Positions 54,630 through 64,000 of a DNA stretch of 64,000 nt are shown piece by piece. Numbering within the stretch: the stretch's first letter is position 1; each line of letters opens with the position of its first letter. The DNA comes from Tubiluchus corallicola (Eukaryota > Animalia > Priapulida). Under the pieces are notes generated by a model. That model was not told the DNA's origin. It saw nothing but the letters and a program-made list of their open reading frames with translations, and did no database searches. The position numbers and the translations under genes were made by a program. Where the stretch lies: the NCBI GenBank assembly GCA_030141605.1, contig JAQGDQ010000476.1, positions 62,001 to 126,000 on the forward strand, in the 5' to 3' direction.

Positions 54630-55469
54630 CTAGACCAAAGTACTTCTAAAAATCTTCTTGAAAGCTGTTCTAAATTTACTGTCTGATGCAGCATAAATAA
54701 AAGGATTAATTGCGCTGTTACAATAACCAAACCACAATAGTAAATTCAGTGTTATGTCTGAAGTACACCATGTGCATTTAGCTAGTGGTATAATGTGAAG
54801 AGGTCCCCAACAAACTACGTATGCAATGGTGACGATAAGCACTGTTTTTGTTGCTTTCATTTCCGTCACTTTTGTGCTAATTTGTTGATTTTGATCATGA
54901 ATTTGTAGAATTTGCTTCCTTGCAACTCTCCATATTACGAGATATAAAGAAAACATTACTGAAGCTGGTAAATAAAAAAGCACAAGCAGGGATCCTACAT
55001 GTATGTTGGGTATAAAAGCACTCACCAGTATTAGAGAAATGAGCCATGTTGCGCATATTACAGCTATCAAGGTTCTTCTGGTCACGTGAGTGCTGTACTT
55101 GTAAGGATATAAAACAGCCATAAATCTTTCTGCGGCGATTGCACACAAATGAAGTATACTAGAACCAAGTATGACTGCAACAACCACTAGTCTCACTCGG
55201 CGGTATGTAGAGGAAAGGTTATCCAATTGTAATAATAGTGGAAACCGCGTTGGGATTGCAATAAATCCCGCTAATAAATCTGTTACAGCTAGTGACACAA
55301 CCAGTGCATTCTTTCTCTCTTGTAAATGTTCATACTTATACACTGCAACCAGAACTAAAATATTACCCACAACAATGGTTATCATTACCAATGCATACAA
55401 AACCAAAATAATTAGATAAAAATATCCATTTAAATTTGCTTCGGCAGTACTATTCCCAGCAACCATCAT
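54630..55469 (-). CDS. Intronless rhodopsin-class (class A) orphan GPCR, amine/adenosine-receptor-like, 279 aa
   Basis: GN.LV (TM1), SLAVTD (TM2), ERF (TM3), W in TM4, FYLP (TM5), KATKT..CWGP (TM6), NSAINPFIY (TM7), helix 8 FRTAFKKIF; N-terminal NST sequon. Confidence 0.9.
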   Translation of the reverse strand: MMVAGNSTAEANLNGYFYLIILVLYALVMITIVVGNILVLVAVYKYEHLQERKNALVVSLAVTDLLAGFIAIPTRFPLLLQLDNLSSTYRRVRLVVVAVILGSSILHLCAIAAERFMAVLYPYKYSTHVTRRTLIAVICATWLISLILVSAFIPNIHVGSLLVLFYLPASVMFSLYLVIWRVARKQILQIHDQNQQISTKVTEMKATKTVLIVTIAYVVCWGPLHIIPLAKCTWCTSDITLNLLLWFGYCNSAINPFIYAASDSKFRTAFKKIFRSTLV

Positions 55470-58400
55470 TAAAAGTTACAATAATAACTAACAAGTTCTT
55501 CGTTTATTCAAAGTTTCAACACAGACCATAGTTAGCCAAAACTGAAGGCTATGAACTGCCTGTCTACCTACTGTAGCATTGTTTTTCAGAAGTGTAAGGT
55601 TATCGTAGTCCTGTTTGCACGTTCATACAAATGTTTTCAAACCTAGTGCGCTCATCTTCCTCAACAATTATTGTACCTACGTGCTATGTTGTTTGATGAT
55701 CATTTTGACCATATATCACGCTCTTTTGTCTGTTAGAGAATGGCTTGTTGACTCTGCATATGGCCAAATTTGTTTGTGCATTATTGTTACGATTGTTCAT
55801 CCCGGACGTATTAATCGGTAGTTTTTCGATGTTTAGTTGTTAATGACAACTTTATCGCTAGACTATAATGTTAAAATTACTTAACTTGCTATCTTGCAAC
55901 TATTTAGTCGTTTCTTAAGCTAGCTAAATATGTTTAAAGGAAAGGACAAGTCACTTACGATGTTGGGTTTATTTTAAATTTAGAAAAGGATGACAAAGAA
56001 ATTTGCAAAAACTGTCCATAAATCATAAAGTTAATTTATACTGTCGCTGTATAGGAATTTTCAGCCGCAGTGATAGCCGTAATTCACTTGAAAATTTTGG
56101 CGTAACGGTGGACTTCGTGGCTTTCCGTAAGCGCGCGCTGCTTAAACTTATTCAGACTTTTGTAGCCTACCTAATCTTCATGCAAAAATATCAGAAACTA
56201 GCTATCTAATGTTTTGTAAAAACTTATACTTTGATGGAAATTGACAGTGTGCTGCTTTTCTTCAGTCGATGAAGGACATCATTAATGGAAGAACAGGTGT
56301 TCAAAATGGAAGCGCCAGCGAGTAAAATGATCCCGATTAAAATGCTTTTACCAAATACACAGGGATTTATCGCACTTTTATTACTATATCCTTCTAACAT
56401 GTTTTGGTGAACATTGAAATAAGGCTAACTTCCTACAAAGACTACACCTTTTCCTTTAAGATCTTAGCCCAGACATACAAAATAACAGTTAAAAAACAAC
56501 CACTCGAGGCTTGTTCCTCTAACTGCGCTTCAAAATATGATCTCTGTTTTAATATTTCTGTTTACTGCAACGTTCTTCTTATGAAAAACTAAAGTTAGAA
56601 ACTATTTCTTTCAACCTCAGCGATATTTTAACCACACACAATACTAATATATTTGAAAGTCCTACAGTGGAAATCATTTAGTATTGCTGTTGTTTCATGG
56701 TAATCTATCATACAGAGCACAGTTTTAAATATTAACAGCACAATGATATATATTATTTAATTTTAGCACAAAACAATACTATTGAGTGATCATATTTTTG
56801 GAACCTGTATTTTACTGATGTACATCTTTCTAGCAATAGTTAGGTACATGAGCAAAAAGACCCTTACCTAACTGGCGTTTATATCAATTACATAAATGTT
56901 ACTACTGGTTCTACATTGCGTCAGCATACCTGCATCAAGCTCTTGCATATACACGTATTTCTTTTTGCAACACAGACATGAAACAACATGACGCTTAAAT
57001 AAAGAGTTTTTCTGTGCATAGATGGCGCTACAATGTAATAAAATTTAAATCTGTGGCTGCTGGTTCGAATGACTTCCATTCTGCTTGATTTCAGGGGCTT
57101 AAATGAAAAGCATTGTTGATAAATGGAAATTTCTCATCATTTGGATGCATGAAACCATAACCGAAAAAACATCTCTACCGATACACCGTCTAAGCCATAG
57201 ATTTCAGCTACAACCCTCAGTGTAATAAGTAGCCTGCTGTCGATGAGTACTGAATTCTTGCTTCAAAGTACAGAGTAGCGTAAAATAGCATTTTTTGGGA
57301 CATTTAATCAATTTACATTCCTTATTTCTTTTTCAGTGGTCATTAAGTGCAGATTTTATCTTCCTTTCGTAACTACAATTATTAGATGAAATCGATTGTG
57401 TGATTACGAATTATGTATACAGTCAGGCATCCCCATATTAGCGATGTCTATGGCATAAATAGTCAAACAAGGCACTTTTAACATCACATTTATTCACATA
57501 TAGCATAAAAATTTGCAGCATTACATAAAACAACTCTATTTTAGTGCATTAATACACATACTGACAATAAATTGGGCATTAATTTACAATTGTTCATTAT
57601 TTTTTAGATCACTTGCTTTGTATAGGCATTACCAAAGGATTTTTGTGGCCCTCTACGGAATATAATTATGAACTTATATAGGAGCTAGTGCAGCTTTCAT
57701 ATACGTGGCTGCGTTTACATTCATGAACACAAGTACTATATTATACGTACTTCTCTAATAGATAGTCACAGATGATAATCAAATGAATTGTCAGGGACAT
57801 GTTGGCAGGTACAAGGGTTCAAGACATAGCAAATGAGTCGCTGAAATAATTGGTAAACAGCAGTGTTGTGACGGCAATGTCCTTATGTACATAGTTACAG
57901 TAGATGAAGCATTATTAGACTTGTTGACTGACACATTAAATACTTAATGTTCCATGTACTTGTGTTTGTAAGCTGGCTAAGTATGAATATTTTCTGTCAC
58001 ATGTTTTTCCTTTAGATGAGCCCTATTATTAGCATCGCTGCTATGTATGTGTACGCCTCATTGTAGCTTCAGTGTTTGTCAACAATAAAGCAAAATTGAG
58101 GTCAGTATACAAATATATCAGGAAACTAGCATTACGTGTATAAGTATGCGTATTGTAAGAATAAAATTATGTATTTAAAATAGTATGTACAAGTCAAAAA
58201 TTCTCACTGATACTTAAATTTACATGTTTCTAATTACCAAAAGAAAATACAGCGATAAAACACTTTGTCACATCTTTCTACACAGTATTTACACTATATT
58301 ACAATAATTTAGTAATAATTAGTAAAATTAACGTGCCATAGGCCTATGTCCACATACTGGCAATGTTCTTAAATGGTACTAACTGCTAAAAAGCTGCTCG

Positions 58401-58668
58401 CATAAAAGTATTTATTTACGTTCACACAACAAAAACTTGAGTTAGTATAGTTGGTCCCAATGTTTTTGTCACATTGTTCATCTATCACGTAATCACGCCG
58501 CACTATCTTAAAGTTCATTGCCACATCATTCACTTCTAGAGATTTATGTTTAGAAAGTGTGTATGGCTCTTTGCTCCTTTTCTAACAACGGATCGACTAG
58601 TAAGGATAGCTATCTAGCATCTGCCAGAACGAGTGTCCATGAGTTTGTAATAAAAACGAAAATGCAAT

Positions 58669-63832
<5,164 letters not shown>

Positions 63833-64000
63833 CTGCAAGAAAAAATCATAAATTATTGTAATGAAGTTTGTGGCCACGCCCTGATTGAAGCGCTCTAGCT
63901 GCCGGTGAATAACAAAATGCATTAATTTAGCTTCAGTGCCCTATACAAACATGAAAACAAAAAATTATGTAAGCATGATTTTTGTCCTAATTACGTTTCT

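Noticed and set aside
54630-55469. GPCR as cognate thyrostimulin receptor or as a true aminergic/trace-amine receptor
   Set aside because: No leucine-rich-repeat ectodomain and no Asp3.32.

Overview
AT-rich (roughly one third GC) intron-containing genomic DNA of an invertebrate animal, probably a bilaterian. Left to right: (1) a minus-strand array of four paralogous small, Cys-rich, hydrophobic ORFs (72, 72, 72, 96 aa). Each is complete within one exon and sits just behind its own 3' splice site, and a dense cluster of TGCATG (Rbfox-type) motifs surrounds the acceptors of the two closest copies; (2) a divergently transcribed 4-exon TMEM234, with a 17-bp motif mirrored at both ends of the shared intergenic region; (3) about 22 kb with no recognisable gene, only repeats; (4) a tail-to-tail thyrostimulin pair, GPA2 (+) and GPB5 (-); (5) an intronless, atypical rhodopsin-class GPCR; (6) the 3' part of a Notch ligand Delta gene (DSL, 9 EGF, TM, PDZ-type tail) running off the window end. 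Also present: LINE fragments (including an RTE with a perfect 18-bp TSD), MITEs, a tRNA-derived SINE head, microsatellites and two duplications that may be assembly artefacts. The best candidate for an undescribed system is the small-protein array, which looks like one transcription unit selecting among whole-protein exons by regulated alternative splicing. All gene models were derived by eye from splice signals and reading frames; no database search was run.
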